Under the pieces are notes generated by a model. That model was not told where the DNA came from, did no database searches, and was given only the letters and a program-made list of their open reading frames with translations. From a virus: a stretch of 64,000 bases of DNA. The stretch spans positions 3,862-67,861 of IMG/VR virus record IMGVR_UViG_3300044547_000928. One strand, given 5' to 3'. Made by a program: the position numbers and the translations under genes. Below, piece by piece: positions 41,787 through 52,982 of the stretch; the first letter of the stretch is position 1, and the number at the start of each line of letters is the position of its first letter.

Positions 41787-43490
41787 ATGAAATTCGTAAC
41801 AAACTTAGACCTTAATCAAAATCAACTGATTAAGGGTACTTTTGAAGTATTGGCAAGCGAGCCAAATACTAACCTGTTTGACGGTCGATTGATTTTTGAT
41901 AGTACCGAAGGTGTCGTCAAGGTTTACGATATTACCGCCTCCGCATGGCGGAAGATGGTTACAGGTGTAACTTCTGCTGGCGCCCAGTCTTCAGCGCTAA
42001 CAATCAATGAGGCAAATGGTGTAGTTTCAATTACTCCAAACCTTGCAAGTTCTGCAAGCGCTGGTTTGATGTCCGCCTCGGACTTCTCAAAGTTGGCAGA
42101 TGCAGCGTCAGAAGCAACCGCAAGCAAACTGGTTATTCGCGATGCCAGTAGCCAGGCAAAGTTTGGAACTCCTACAGACGCATCTCATGTGGCAACCAAG
42201 GGCTATGTTGACTCAGCCCGCTCTGGCTTAGATGTTAAGCAGTCGGTTCGTGCTGCTACTACAGCAACCGTAAACCTCTCCACTGATGTAGATGACGGAA
42301 GCATTATCGACGGCGTAACCCTTGCAACTGGTGACCGAATCCTTATCAAGGACCAGGGCGCTGGTGGAATTGCCCATGCTGATAACGGCATTTATACCGT
42401 CAACGCATCTGGAGTACCAACACGAGCAACTGACTTTGATTCTGATGCAGAAGTAACACCAGGCGCGTTTACATTCGTTGAAGAAGGTACTGCAAACGGC
42501 GACTCTGGATATGTCGTTGCCACCAATGGTTCAATCACGGTTGGTTCAACTGCAATTCTATTTACACAGTTCTCTGGTACTGGTCAAATCACTGCTGGCG
42601 ATGGTATGTCGAAAGACGGAAGCACCCTCAATGTCAATGATGACGATGTAACCATCTATGTTGACGGAAACGATGACCTTGCTGTTAAGTCTTCAGCAAC
42701 TGCTGGTCAAGTTCTTCGCTCAGTTGGTTCAGGAACCGCTGCTTGGGGTGCTCTAGACCTTGCTGATTCAGATGCCGTAACTGGTGCTTTGCCAATTGCA
42801 AATGGTGGTACTGGTTCAACAACTGCCGCTGATGCCCGCGTCGCTCTTGACCTTGAAATCGGTGTTGATGTTCAGGCTTACGATGCAGAACTTGCAGCAC
42901 TTGCTGGTCTAACCTCTGCTGCTAATAAACTTCCATACTTCACTGGCTCTGGAAGCGCATCAGTTGCAGACTTCACCTCAGCAGCGCGTGCACTTTTGGA
43001 CGATGCAGACGCATCGGCAATGCGAGACACTCTTGGTCTTACAATTGGAACCAATGTTCAGGCCTATAGCGCAGCGCTTGCGGCAGTTTCGGCAAGTACC
43101 TATGTTGGTGATGACAGCATCACAACGCTGGGAACAATTACTACTGGTACATGGAATGGCAGCACAATCGCCATTGCAAACGGTGGCACCGCAGCAACAT
43201 CTGCATCAGATGCACGGGCAAATCTTGCAGCAACCACGGCTGGAACAACAACCACACCAGTTCTTGCCCGTATTGCCAGCCAGGGTTGCGCGGCACATTC
43301 TGGAGGAGTTTCAACGACGACAGTAACCCATAACTTTGGAACTACTAATGTTATTGTTCAGGTTCTGGAAGTTGCAAACTACAATGCGACGGTAATTGCT
43401 GATGTAACAAGGCCGAATGGCAACACTGTAACTGTTACGATTAACGGACAAGTAGACAGCAACGATTATACAATTGTTGTAACAGGCTAA
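41787..43490 (+). CDS. Fibre or structural protein
   Basis: ATKGYVD, GLDVK.SVR.ATT, GDRIL.KDQ...NGIY, GGTG repeats. Confidence 0.8.
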   Translation: MKFVTNLDLNQNQLIKGTFEVLASEPNTNLFDGRLIFDSTEGVVKVYDITASAWRKMVTGVTSAGAQSSALTINEANGVVSITPNLASSASAGLMSASDFSKLADAASEATASKLVIRDASSQAKFGTPTDASHVATKGYVDSARSGLDVKQSVRAATTATVNLSTDVDDGSIIDGVTLATGDRILIKDQGAGGIAHADNGIYTVNASGVPTRATDFDSDAEVTPGAFTFVEEGTANGDSGYVVATNGSITVGSTAILFTQFSGTGQITAGDGMSKDGSTLNVNDDDVTIYVDGNDDLAVKSSATAGQVLRSVGSGTAAWGALDLADSDAVTGALPIANGGTGSTTAADARVALDLEIGVDVQAYDAELAALAGLTSAANKLPYFTGSGSASVADFTSAARALLDDADASAMRDTLGLTIGTNVQAYSAALAAVSASTYVGDDSITTLGTITTGTWNGSTIAIANGGTAATSASDARANLAATTAGTTTTPVLARIASQGCAAHSGGVSTTTVTHNFGTTNVIVQVLEVANYNATVIADVTRPNGNTVTVTINGQVDSNDYTIVVTG

Positions 43491-43534
43491 TATAAATAAC
43501 CCCGCGGGGTTCATACAAGAGATTGACTGAGGTC

Positions 43535-46500
43535 ATGGCTCAAAAATTTACAGTACCAGTAACGATTAAGAATCTGTCATCGGCAGGCTCGGATGGTATA
43601 ACTGTATTTCTTGACCAGGAATCTTTTGCAAGACTTAAGGTAGAAGCGGGCGGGCGCATTACATGGGGTGCTGGCGCTGGCGCTGGCGATACAAACCTAT
43701 ACCGCGACACTGCAAATGTCCTCAAGACTGATGATACTTTTAAGTCAGAGGGACTTTTTGTTGCTGGAACACAGATTGACCCAAGCGGTGCAACTCTCGG
43801 CGACGCTCTTGTATTTAATGGGACCAAGTTTGTCTCTGCATCAGTCGCTGCTGGTGGTGGAACTGGAAATGCCTCACTAACTATTTCGGACACTCTGCCA
43901 GTCGGCGGAGAAGAGGGAGACCTCTGGTTTGAGTCCGACACTGGAAAGACATTTGTTTATTACGACTCATTCTGGGTTGAAGTAGGCGGTGGCGTAGGCG
44001 CGCAAGGCCCAACTGGACCAACTGGTGCGACTGGAGCAACTGGAGCAACTGGACCACAAGGACCTACTGGTGCCACTGGGCCTGCTGGTCCTTCTGGTTC
44101 AACTGGACCATTGGATGGCTTGTCAGATGTAAGTGCATCTACTCCATCAACTGGAGATTTTTTAAAGTGGGATGGAACTGCGTGGGTAAATGACGCAATC
44201 AACCTCGGAACAGATACTGCTGGGCTGTATGTAGCAGACCTTATTGCTGGCACTGGTGTAACTATTAGTAATAGTTCTGCAGAAAGCGCAAGCCCAACCA
44301 TAGCAATTGGTCAGTCAGTAGCAACTAGTGCTTCAGTGACTTTTGCTCATGTCGCTGCTGATGTAACTGGAAATATCACTGGAAATATAACTGGTAGTTC
44401 TGGTTCTACCACTGGTAACGCTGCGACGGCAACTGCTCTACAGAGCGCGCGCAATATCTCGCTAACTGGTGATGTTTCTGGTTCTGTATCGTTCGACGGA
44501 ACATCTGATATTTCAATTACGGCAACCGTACAACCAAACTCAGTTGCCCTTGGCACAGATACAACTGGCAACTTTGTCAACGACATTACTGCTGGAACTG
44601 GCGTATCCGTTACTCACACGCCTGGAGAGGGTTCATCACCGACAATTGCTATCGGTCAGGCTGTTGGAACTTCATCTTCTGTACAGTTCGCAGCGGTCAC
44701 TGCACCGTTGGTCGGTAATGCCTCTACTGCTACAACGCTTGAAAATGCACGAACAATCTCTTTGGGCGGAGATGTAAGTGGCTCTGTTTCTTTCAATGGC
44801 TCATCTGATGTAAGTATTTCGGCAACAATTCAGCCAAATTCGGTCGCGCTAGGAACAGACACAACTGGAGACTATGTCTCATCACTTGTCGCTGGTACTG
44901 GTGTTGCACTAACGAATAATAGCGGTGAAACTGCTACCCCAACAATCGCAATTGGACAAGATGTAGCCACTAGCGCTTCTGTGACATTTAGTCATGTTTC
45001 AGCACCAGTAACTGGAAATGTAATTGGTGACTTGACTGGAAATGCAGATACAGCAACTGCGCTTGAGACAGCACGAACCATCTCCCTCGGTGGAGACTTA
45101 AGCGGTTCTGCTTCTTTTAACGGAACTTCAGATATAACCATAAGTGCAAGCGTTGTTAACTCTGGTGTTATCCTTGATGAAATTTCAGATGTTGTAATTG
45201 CTTCTCCAATTCAATTCCAAGGATTGATGTATGACGGAACCAACTGGGTAAACAGCAACATCCCAAATACATACCTTGTCAGGAATGATACTGGCTCAAC
45301 AATACTCAAAGGAACCTTGGTTGGTGCTGTTGGCGCAGAGCCTAGCGGAAGAATAGATGTTGCACCGTTTCAAGTAACAGGAACAGAAAACTCAGAACTT
45401 CGTGCGATGGGCATTGCTACAAGCAATATATCTAACGGCGTTAACGGCGAAGTGATGAGTTTTGGAACTCTAACTGGTCTTGACACAAGAGGAAGCACCG
45501 TCAGTGCACTTGCGGTCGGTGACGAGACTTGGGCTGCTGGTGACATCCTTTTTGCCCACCCAACCGTTGATGGGAAACTCACAAATGTAAGACCACAACA
45601 CGACCTTGCTGTTGCATTCATTACAGTTCGTCATGCTTCTTCTGGTCAGATTGCAATCAGAATTATTCCTGGTAACAACCACCTTGAGTGGATGCATGAT
45701 GTTGTTTTAACATCTCCAACCGATGGACAGTTTTTGCGTTACAACAGCGCATCAACTGTATGGGTCAACGACACAATCAACCTTGGGACTGATACCGCTG
45801 GAGATTATGTTCAAAGCCTGACTGCTGGAACTGGTGTAACACTCAGTAACAACTCTGGTGAAGGAGCGACCCCTACGGTTGCAATTGGCCAGAGCGTGGA
45901 AACTAGCGCTTCGGTTACATTTGCTCACCTCATCGTTCAGGGTGACATGGAGGTTCAGGGAACTATCACCCGCCTCAATGAAACAAACCTAGATGTTGAG
46001 TCTGCATTTGTTTATCTAAATGCAACTAGCGCAAGTGCTAACCCAGACATGGGTGTTGCTTTCAACTACAACGACGGAACATACCGCCATGCTGGATTGT
46101 TCCGAGATTCAAGCGACGGAGTATTTAAGGTTTTTGAAGGATACGAGCCAGAGCCAGTATCGCCAATCAACACATCTGATGCAACATACAGCGATGCAAG
46201 GTTCCAGGCGGAGAGCATTATTCTCACCCAGACAACTGGCACTGCTCCAATGTCTGTTTCGTCTTCAACTGTTGTCGCAAATCTTAACGCTGACAAACTT
46301 GATGGGCAAGACGGCTCATACTACGCACCAATTGATAGTCCAACATTTACTGGAACAGTAAGTCTTCCAAATAACACTGTTGCTCTTGGTACGCAGACGA
46401 CAGGAAATTATGTAGCAGATATAAGTGGCGGCACTGGTGTCACGATTACCCACACCCCAGGTGAAGGAACAACGCCAAGTGTTGCTATAGGTCAAGATGT

Positions 46501-47848
46501 TTCTACATCTGCCAGCGTCACTTTTGCGGCTGTAACGGCACCAGTAGTTGGTAACGCCAGTACTGCATCTACACTTCAAACACCACGCACTATTTCTCTA
46601 AGCGGAGATATATCGGGTTCTGTTTCATTCAACGGCTCGTCAAATGTTGATATTTCTGCAACGATTCAGCCCAACTCTGTTGCCCTTGGAACCGATACGA
46701 CTGGCAACTATGTCGCTGATGTTGTTTCTGGAACAGGAATCACTATTACGCACACCCCTGGAGAGGGTTCGTCTGCATCTGTTGCGCTCAACGCAACGCT
46801 TGATGATTTGAGCAATGTCAGCGCCTCTGCGCCCGTTGATTACAGTCCCCTTATTTGGTCTTCATCTGCATCTGCATGGATTGCAAATAGTCAAGACCTC
46901 ACCCTAGGTACACCTGGCACTACTGATTATGTAACGATAACTTCTTACAACAGCCATATTGCTATGTCTTCAGCGACAGAAGGCATGGTGCAAATAACGC
47001 CAAGCCAATTCTCTGGTTCAGACATAGATAATGGTCCATACTTCTTGCTAAACGCTAACAACTTGACATTCAGCAACGGCTCTGATTCGTTCTTGATTGA
47101 CCCATATTGGGGTACGAGTGGTCAAGTCTTGGCGTTTACTCCTGGTGGCGGTAGTGGTGGAACATGGGGACCAACAACCCTTAACCTTGACAACATTGCT
47201 GATGTCAGTGCTTCTGCTCCAACCGACGGCCACTTCCTCAAGTATGTCTCTGCTTCTTCTGCATGGATTCCTGCGGCAGTTCCAACAATTAATTTCCTAG
47301 ATGACATAGGAAATGTCTCTGCATCAGCACCCTCAATTAATGATGTTCTTGTTTACAACGGTTCAGTGTGGACTTCTGGTTCAGCATCAGGTGGTGGAGC
47401 AAGTGTTACCGTTTCAGACACCGCACCAGCGTCACCAAGTGCTGGTGACTTATGGTTTGAGTCAGATACAGCACAAACTTTTGTTTATTACGATTCCTCG
47501 TGGATTGAAATTGGCGCTGCTGCAATGGGTGCCACCGTTTCCACGACTTCACCAAACTCGCCTATCGCTGGTCAGATTTGGTTTAATTCTGATACTGGCG
47601 GTACTTATGTTTACTTCGGAACAACATGGATTGAAGTAGGAGCAGTAGCGGCCAATACGGTATTCAACCTTGCTGATGCCAAGGGTGATTTGATTGTGGG
47701 TACAGCAAATAACGCTCTAGACAATTTGGCTGTTGGCTCTGATGGTTCAGTTTTAACGGCTGATTCTTCTACGGCTACTGGTCTAAAATGGGCTACCCCA
47801 GTTTCAACAGGTAAAGCAATCGCAATGTCAATAGTTTTCGGAGGATGA
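43535..47848 (+). CDS. Long fibre protein with a short collagen segment and repeated shaft modules
   Basis: GPTGATG run; repeated ARTISL.GD.SGS.SF.G and GTDTTG.YV modules; GDLWFESD domains. Confidence 0.85.
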   Translation: MAQKFTVPVTIKNLSSAGSDGITVFLDQESFARLKVEAGGRITWGAGAGAGDTNLYRDTANVLKTDDTFKSEGLFVAGTQIDPSGATLGDALVFNGTKFVSASVAAGGGTGNASLTISDTLPVGGEEGDLWFESDTGKTFVYYDSFWVEVGGGVGAQGPTGPTGATGATGATGPQGPTGATGPAGPSGSTGPLDGLSDVSASTPSTGDFLKWDGTAWVNDAINLGTDTAGLYVADLIAGTGVTISNSSAESASPTIAIGQSVATSASVTFAHVAADVTGNITGNITGSSGSTTGNAATATALQSARNISLTGDVSGSVSFDGTSDISITATVQPNSVALGTDTTGNFVNDITAGTGVSVTHTPGEGSSPTIAIGQAVGTSSSVQFAAVTAPLVGNASTATTLENARTISLGGDVSGSVSFNGSSDVSISATIQPNSVALGTDTTGDYVSSLVAGTGVALTNNSGETATPTIAIGQDVATSASVTFSHVSAPVTGNVIGDLTGNADTATALETARTISLGGDLSGSASFNGTSDITISASVVNSGVILDEISDVVIASPIQFQGLMYDGTNWVNSNIPNTYLVRNDTGSTILKGTLVGAVGAEPSGRIDVAPFQVTGTENSELRAMGIATSNISNGVNGEVMSFGTLTGLDTRGSTVSALAVGDETWAAGDILFAHPTVDGKLTNVRPQHDLAVAFITVRHASSGQIAIRIIPGNNHLEWMHDVVLTSPTDGQFLRYNSASTVWVNDTINLGTDTAGDYVQSLTAGTGVTLSNNSGEGATPTVAIGQSVETSASVTFAHLIVQGDMEVQGTITRLNETNLDVESAFVYLNATSASANPDMGVAFNYNDGTYRHAGLFRDSSDGVFKVFEGYEPEPVSPINTSDATYSDARFQAESIILTQTTGTAPMSVSSSTVVANLNADKLDGQDGSYYAPIDSPTFTGTVSLPNNTVALGTQTTGNYVADISGGTGVTITHTPGEGTTPSVAIGQDVSTSASVTFAAVTAPVVGNASTASTLQTPRTISLSGDISGSVSFNGSSNVDISATIQPNSVALGTDTTGNYVADVVSGTGITITHTPGEGSSASVALNATLDDLSNVSASAPVDYSPLIWSSSASAWIANSQDLTLGTPGTTDYVTITSYNSHIAMSSATEGMVQITPSQFSGSDIDNGPYFLLNANNLTFSNGSDSFLIDPYWGTSGQVLAFTPGGGSGGTWGPTTLNLDNIADVSASAPTDGHFLKYVSASSAWIPAAVPTINFLDDIGNVSASAPSINDVLVYNGSVWTSGSASGGGASVTVSDTAPASPSAGDLWFESDTAQTFVYYDSSWIEIGAAAMGATVSTTSPNSPIAGQIWFNSDTGGTYVYFGTTWIEVGAVAANTVFNLADAKGDLIVGTANNALDNLAVGSDGSVLTADSSTATGLKWATPVSTGKAIAMSIVFGG

Positions 47849-47849
47849 A

Positions 47850-48209
47850 ATGACAGCACCAAATATAGTCAATGTAACAACTATCACAGGCAAAACTGCC
47901 GTGCAGCAAGTTACTACTGCCGCCACGGCTATCGTGACAAACGCCGCATCAAGCAACAAGGTGTTTAAAGTAAATGCTCTATATGTTGCAAATGTTGACG
48001 GCGTGAACGCCGCAGACATCTCTGTTGGTTTGTACCGTTCTTCTGCTTCTGTTTCTTACGAGATTGCCCACACTGTTTCGGTCCCAGCAGACGCAACGCT
48101 AGATGTCATTAGTAAATCTATTTATCTAGAAGAAGGCGACGAATTACGCCTTACCGCATCTGCCAACTCTGACCTTGAAGCAGTATGTAGTTATGAGGAG
48201 ATTAGTTAA
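47850..48209 (+). CDS. Small beta-rich structural protein, paralog A1
   Basis: Similar to 51628 and 57464 (AN.D, L..G..L, C-terminal EE). Confidence 0.78.
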   Translation: MTAPNIVNVTTITGKTAVQQVTTAATAIVTNAASSNKVFKVNALYVANVDGVNAADISVGLYRSSASVSYEIAHTVSVPADATLDVISKSIYLEEGDELRLTASANSDLEAVCSYEEIS

Positions 48210-49132
48210 TGGCTGGACCAGGTGGTTCTATTGGACCGAAGCGAACTAGTACGAATGGGATGTTAAATTTCACAACCCTTCAGCAACTTGTTCTGACGGG
48301 TCCCACGGGAACAGTTGAGTATTTGGTTGTCGGAGCGGGTGGGGGTGGAAACTCTGCTGGAGGTGGTGCAGGCGGTATGCGAACAAACATGGTTGGCGCA
48401 ACCTCTGGTGGTGGTGGTGCGGCAGAAGCATCATTTCCAATAACGACAGGCACTGCATACACAGTGACAATAGGTGCTGGCGGTGCTGCTGGTTTCTGGC
48501 CCGAACCTGGTGGGTACAAAGGTGGAGATAGTGTTTTCTCAACCATCACAAGTATTGGTGGAGGAGGAGGTGAGCATGGCGCTCAGTATGGTGCTGGAGA
48601 TACAAAAAATGGTGGCTGTGGAGGTGGTGGTGGCTACAATAACGCTGGTGGAACTGGGACAACAAATCAAGGGTTTGGGGGAGGAAGTGGCGTAAATATT
48701 GCAACTGGCTATCCTGGTGGTGGTGGTGGTGGTACATCTTCCGCTGGCAGCAATGCGTCAGGGCAAAATGGCGGCAATGGTGGTGCAGGTACCAACTCGT
48801 CAATAACGGGTAGCACCATTGCATATGGTGGTGGTGGAGGTGGTGGGTCACGACAGGGTGCTGGTTCTGCTGGTTCGGGTGGTTCTGGCGGTGGCGGTAA
48901 CGGTTCAAACTCCACAACAGCCACTTCAGGAACCGCCAACACTGGTGGAGGTGGAGGTGGCGGTGGTGTCAATTCTGGTCTAGTTGGTGGTGCTGGTGGG
49001 TCTGGCGTTGTGGTCATTCGCTACCCCGCCACATTCTCAATTGCTTCAGCAACCACTGGTTCCCCAACCGTAGCAATCACAGGTGGTTATCGGATATATA
49101 CTTTTACTGCATCGGGCAGTATAACTTTCTAA
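48209..49132 (+). CDS. Glycine-rich structural or adhesin protein
   Basis: EYLVV.GGGG, TVTIG.GG, NTGGGGGG, GGSGVV.IRY, YTFT.SG. Confidence 0.85.
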   Translation: MAGPGGSIGPKRTSTNGMLNFTTLQQLVLTGPTGTVEYLVVGAGGGGNSAGGGAGGMRTNMVGATSGGGGAAEASFPITTGTAYTVTIGAGGAAGFWPEPGGYKGGDSVFSTITSIGGGGGEHGAQYGAGDTKNGGCGGGGGYNNAGGTGTTNQGFGGGSGVNIATGYPGGGGGGTSSAGSNASGQNGGNGGAGTNSSITGSTIAYGGGGGGGSRQGAGSAGSGGSGGGGNGSNSTTATSGTANTGGGGGGGGVNSGLVGGAGGSGVVVIRYPATFSIASATTGSPTVAITGGYRIYTFTASGSITF

Positions 49133-49143
49133 GGAGAAAAAAC

Positions 49144-49512
49144 ATGGCACATTTTGCAGAACTTGGCGAAGACAACATTGTATTGCGAGTAATCGTAGTA
49201 TCTAATGATGATTGTAAAGACTCAGAGGGCAACGAATCAGAAGCCGTAGGCGCTGAATTCTGTCGCAATCTTTTGGGCGGAACATGGAAGCAGACCTCAT
49301 ATAACGGCAACATGCGTGCTCGTTATGCAGGAATCGGCTACAAGTATGACTCTGCTCTAAACGCATACATCGCCCCAAAACCCTTCCCATCATGGACTCT
49401 CAATGAAGAAACTACTGAATGGGAAGCCCCTGTCGCTCGCCCAGAAGAAGGAATGTACACATGGGACGAAGACGGACAATCGTGGGTGGAATTCGTTATT
49501 CCGACGGAATAG
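49144..49512 (+). CDS. Fibre-associated small protein (MAHFA...QTSYN...YAG.GY...P.P..SW)
   Basis: AAGGAGA RBS; paralog of 50936. Confidence 0.82.
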   Translation: MAHFAELGEDNIVLRVIVVSNDDCKDSEGNESEAVGAEFCRNLLGGTWKQTSYNGNMRARYAGIGYKYDSALNAYIAPKPFPSWTLNEETTEWEAPVARPEEGMYTWDEDGQSWVEFVIPTE

Positions 49513-49515
49513 TCT

Positions 49516-50085
49516 ATGTCCCTTAATTTTCCTTCCTCTCCAAGCGTTGATGATACCTACACAGTAGGTGCTCGTACATGGACATGGACTGGCTCTATTT
49601 GGGAACTTAGGTCTACTACAGTTGGTGTTGGTTCTATCGGCACAACCGAATTAGCCGATAGTGCTATAACCAGTGCAAAGATTGCTGCTGGAGCAGTTGC
49701 TGAAGCGGATATTGCTAATAGCGCAGTCACGCAAACGAAGTTGGCTGATAGGTCTGTTGGTTCATCAAAATTGACTGGCTTAACTATAAATGCACAAACT
49801 GGAACTACATACACACTCGCACTTAGTGATGCACACGATTTAGTTACATTAAGTAACGCCTCGGCAATTTCTCTTACTGTCCCAACCAACGCTTCTGTGG
49901 CTTTTGATATTGGCGACCAAGTAAACATAGTTCAACTTGGTGCTGGTCAGGTTACTGTTGGTGGTGCTGGAGTGACGCTTCGTTCGCAAGGTTCTAAGTT
50001 GAAACTCAACGGACAATACTCAGCGGCTACTTTGATAAAAATTAACTCTGATGAGTGGGTTTTAGTCGGCAATACGGCGGCATAG
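49516..50085 (+). CDS. Structural protein (LNFP.SP N-terminal domain)
   Basis: Paralogous N-terminus to 51283 and 54952; IT.AKIA repeats. Confidence 0.8.
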   Translation: MSLNFPSSPSVDDTYTVGARTWTWTGSIWELRSTTVGVGSIGTTELADSAITSAKIAAGAVAEADIANSAVTQTKLADRSVGSSKLTGLTINAQTGTTYTLALSDAHDLVTLSNASAISLTVPTNASVAFDIGDQVNIVQLGAGQVTVGGAGVTLRSQGSKLKLNGQYSAATLIKINSDEWVLVGNTAA

Positions 50086-50087
50086 TC

Positions 50088-50936
50088 GTGCAAATCATTG
50101 GCATCGCTAACTCCTATGACTCTGTAACACCTACAGTTGAATATCTTGTTATTGCTGGTGGCGGTGGAGGTGGAACATTTACTGGTGGTGGCGGTGGAGG
50201 TGCTGGCGGATACCGTACAACTACTGGAACATCAGGTGCAAACAGTGCCTCTGAATCACAACTATCAATAACTGCTGGAACTGCATACACAGTTACTATT
50301 GGTGGAGGTGGTGGTGCAGTAACTAGTGGTTCTGATTCAGTTCTTGGTTCTATCACTTCCGTTGGTGGTGGTCGTGGTGGTAACTGGAACGAACGAAGTA
50401 GTGGAGCAAGTGGTGGTTCAGGCGGTGGTGGTTGTGGAGGTACATCAAGCGCTAAATCTGGTGGTTCAGGAACTGCAAACCAAGGAACATCAGGTGGAGC
50501 AAACTTCACTGCATCACAATACGGTGCAGGTGGTGGTGGTGGAGCAAGTGGTGGCGGTGGAAACGGTTCATCAACTGTTGGTGGTAATGGTGGTGCTGGT
50601 CTATCTAACTCAATTACTGGTACTGCTGTGACCCGTGGCGGTGGTGGAGGCGGTGGTGGCGACTTTACTAGCGGTGGTTCAGGTGGTTCAGGTGGTGGAG
50701 GAAACGGTGGTTCTGCCACTGCTGGTTCAACAAATACAGGTGGTGGAGGTGGTGGAACAACTTATGGCGGTAGCGGTGCATCAGGTGGTTCGGGAGTAGT
50801 AATTGTTGCTTATCCTGATTCATACCTTCCAATAACAACAATTGGCGCAGGACTTACATACTCTGTTAGCACAGTAAGCCGTGCTGGCTACAGGGTTTAC
50901 ACATTTACGGCTGGAACAGGAACGATAACATTCTAA
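50088..50936 (+). CDS. Glycine-rich structural or adhesin protein
   Basis: Same motif set as 48209; GTG start inferred. Confidence 0.82.
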   Translation: MQIIGIANSYDSVTPTVEYLVIAGGGGGGTFTGGGGGGAGGYRTTTGTSGANSASESQLSITAGTAYTVTIGGGGGAVTSGSDSVLGSITSVGGGRGGNWNERSSGASGGSGGGGCGGTSSAKSGGSGTANQGTSGGANFTASQYGAGGGGGASGGGGNGSSTVGGNGGAGLSNSITGTAVTRGGGGGGGGDFTSGGSGGSGGGGNGGSATAGSTNTGGGGGGTTYGGSGASGGSGVVIVAYPDSYLPITTIGAGLTYSVSTVSRAGYRVYTFTAGTGTITF

Positions 50937-51283
50937 TGGCGCACTACGCATTTCTAGATGAAAACAATATTGTTACACAAGTGATTGTGGGGCGAAACGA
51001 AGATGAAGTAGTCGACGGTATTTCGGATTGGGAAAACTATTACGGTGAACTTGTGGGTCAAAAGTGTGTTCGTACCTCGTATAACCACAACATCCGCAAG
51101 CAATATGCAGGTATCGGGTACGCATACGATGTTGATACTGATGTTTTTATTTCGCCACAACCATACCCTAGTTGGTCGCTTGACGAGAATCATGATTGGC
51201 AAGCCCCCTATCCGAAACCAGAGGGAGATAAGTTCTATAATTGGGATGAAGATATTTTGGAATGGAAAGAGATTGAAGCATAA
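50936..51283 (+). CDS. Fibre-associated small protein (MAHYA family)
   Basis: Paralog of 49144. Confidence 0.82.
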   Translation: MAHYAFLDENNIVTQVIVGRNEDEVVDGISDWENYYGELVGQKCVRTSYNHNIRKQYAGIGYAYDVDTDVFISPQPYPSWSLDENHDWQAPYPKPEGDKFYNWDEDILEWKEIEA

Positions 51284-51627
51284 TGGCTATAGATTTCCCT
51301 AACTCCCCGTCTAACGGAGCAACTTATTCTGCTGGCGGAAAAAACTGGCAGTACAACGGAACTGCATGGGTCCTTCAAGGTATTGTCCCATCGATTCCCG
51401 ATGCATCAATCACGGCTACACAACTTGCATCAAATGCTGTCACTACTGCAAAAATAGCAACAGACGCTATTACTGCAGCGAAACTAGCGGCTGGAGCGTC
51501 TAATACCTATGTCCTTACCGCTGACTCCAGCACCACTTCAGGCGTAAAATGGGCTATAATTCCTGCATCTGGCGGTCTTTCAACGACTACAGAGGGAGCA
51601 ATTATGACGATGAGTATCGGAGGATAA
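51283..51627 (+). CDS. Structural protein (IDFP.SP N-terminal domain)
   Basis: TAATG coupling. Confidence 0.8.
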   Translation: MAIDFPNSPSNGATYSAGGKNWQYNGTAWVLQGIVPSIPDASITATQLASNAVTTAKIATDAITAAKLAAGASNTYVLTADSSTTSGVKWAIIPASGGLSTTTEGAIMTMSIGG

Positions 51628-51966
51628 ATGGCAATTGGAGACAGAAACGAAGCGCGGCTTGGTGGTCCAGTCCAATTGGGTACATCTACGACCACGATTG
51701 TAACCGCTGCAACTGGCTATGCCGATATTATTAAGCAGTTAATCATAGCAAACACAGACACGGTTGACCGTACTGTGACTTTGGCTATTGGTTCTGCTGC
51801 TTCTCCGTCGTATCACATTATGTCGGCTCTACCTATTGGCGCAAACGACCTTATGGTGTTTGACACCGCCATCGTATTAGCCGCTGGTGAAACCCTGCAA
51901 GGTTTGTCAGATACAGCCGCCAAAGTAACAGTTACAGCCGTTGGCTGGGAGAAGCAAACCGCCTAA
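51628..51966 (+). CDS. Small beta-rich structural protein, paralog A2
   Basis: RL.GP.QL.T, KQ.I..NT. Confidence 0.8.
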   Translation: MAIGDRNEARLGGPVQLGTSTTTIVTAATGYADIIKQLIIANTDTVDRTVTLAIGSAASPSYHIMSALPIGANDLMVFDTAIVLAAGETLQGLSDTAAKVTVTAVGWEKQTA

Positions 51967-52982
51967 TGGGTCTTAGTTCTGCCTACGGTCTTGGTTCTAT
52001 TAGAACAGGTGTATGCACTAGTACTTCTCGCCCTGCGTCACCTTTTGTAGGTCAAACTATCTTTGAAACTGACACAAAATTAGTGCGTGCGTGGCTTGGT
52101 ACTGCATGGTCTGCAGGTTTTAAACACTCAGTCACTCTTGCTATTGAATATGTTGTTGTTGCTGGCGGAGGTGGCGGTGGAAGACCATATGCTGGTGCTG
52201 GTGGAGCAGGTGGTTACCGCTCGTCCGTTGTTGGCGAATCAACTGGTGGTGGTGGCACCATTGAATCTGTTTTAGGTTTGCCAATAGGAACATATACCGT
52301 AACTATTGGTGCTGGTGGTGCTGGCGGGAACCCAGACGGTGCATTTATGGTTGGTGCTACTGGAGCAAATACAGTTTTCCACACTATTACATCACTGGGT
52401 GGAGGTGGTGGTGGTAACTATGACTCAGCCTATCCACCTACCAACGGTGGTTCTGGAGGCGGTGGTGGCGGTGAGCAGTCTTCACATCGAGGTTCTGGTG
52501 CAACTGGACAAGGATTTGAAGGAGGATACGGAAGTAGTGGTGGAATTTACCGAGGCGGTGGTGGAGGTGGCGCAGGAGCCGCTGGAGCATCAGGAAATAC
52601 AACTGGGAACGGTGGTATTGGCGTTCAAACATCTATAAATGGCACCGCAACATATTTTGCTGGCGGTGGAGGCGGTGGTCTTTACAACGCTACTTCTGGT
52701 TCTGCTGGCTCAGGTGGCACTGGTGGAGGTGGAGCAGGTGGTAAAGGTGCTGCTGGTACAGCAGGGACTGCAAACACTGGTGGTGGCGGAGGTGGTCAAG
52801 GTGGAATTGGAAGCGGTGCAACTGGTGGTGGAAACGGTGGTGCTGGCGGTTCAGGTATTGTAATTTGCCGATATACAACGACAGATGCAACTGGTTACAC
52901 GATTACAGGTGGAACTAAAACAACATCGGGCACATATACAATCCATACATTTACAGCCTCTGGTAGTTTGGTAATAGCATGA
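51966..52982 (+). CDS. Glycine-rich structural or adhesin protein
   Basis: GVCTST.RPA.PF.GQ.I.ETDT N-terminal module plus Gly-rich domain. Confidence 0.85.
   Translation: MGLSSAYGLGSIRTGVCTSTSRPASPFVGQTIFETDTKLVRAWLGTAWSAGFKHSVTLAIEYVVVAGGGGGGRPYAGAGGAGGYRSSVVGESTGGGGTIESVLGLPIGTYTVTIGAGGAGGNPDGAFMVGATGANTVFHTITSLGGGGGGNYDSAYPPTNGGSGGGGGGEQSSHRGSGATGQGFEGGYGSSGGIYRGGGGGGAGAAGASGNTTGNGGIGVQTSINGTATYFAGGGGGGLYNATSGSAGSGGTGGGGAGGKGAAGTAGTANTGGGGGGQGGIGSGATGGGNGGAGGSGIVICRYTTTDATGYTITGGTKTTSGTYTIHTFTASGSLVIA

Noticed and set aside
44003-44110. Collagen-like GPTGAT run as a novel feature
   Set aside because: Short Gly-X-Y tracts are common in phage fibres; recorded within the CDS only.
48270-52890. 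Poly-Pro, poly-His and poly-Val ORFs in alternative frames
   Set aside because: These are frame-shifted or antisense readings of GGT/GGA glycine runs.
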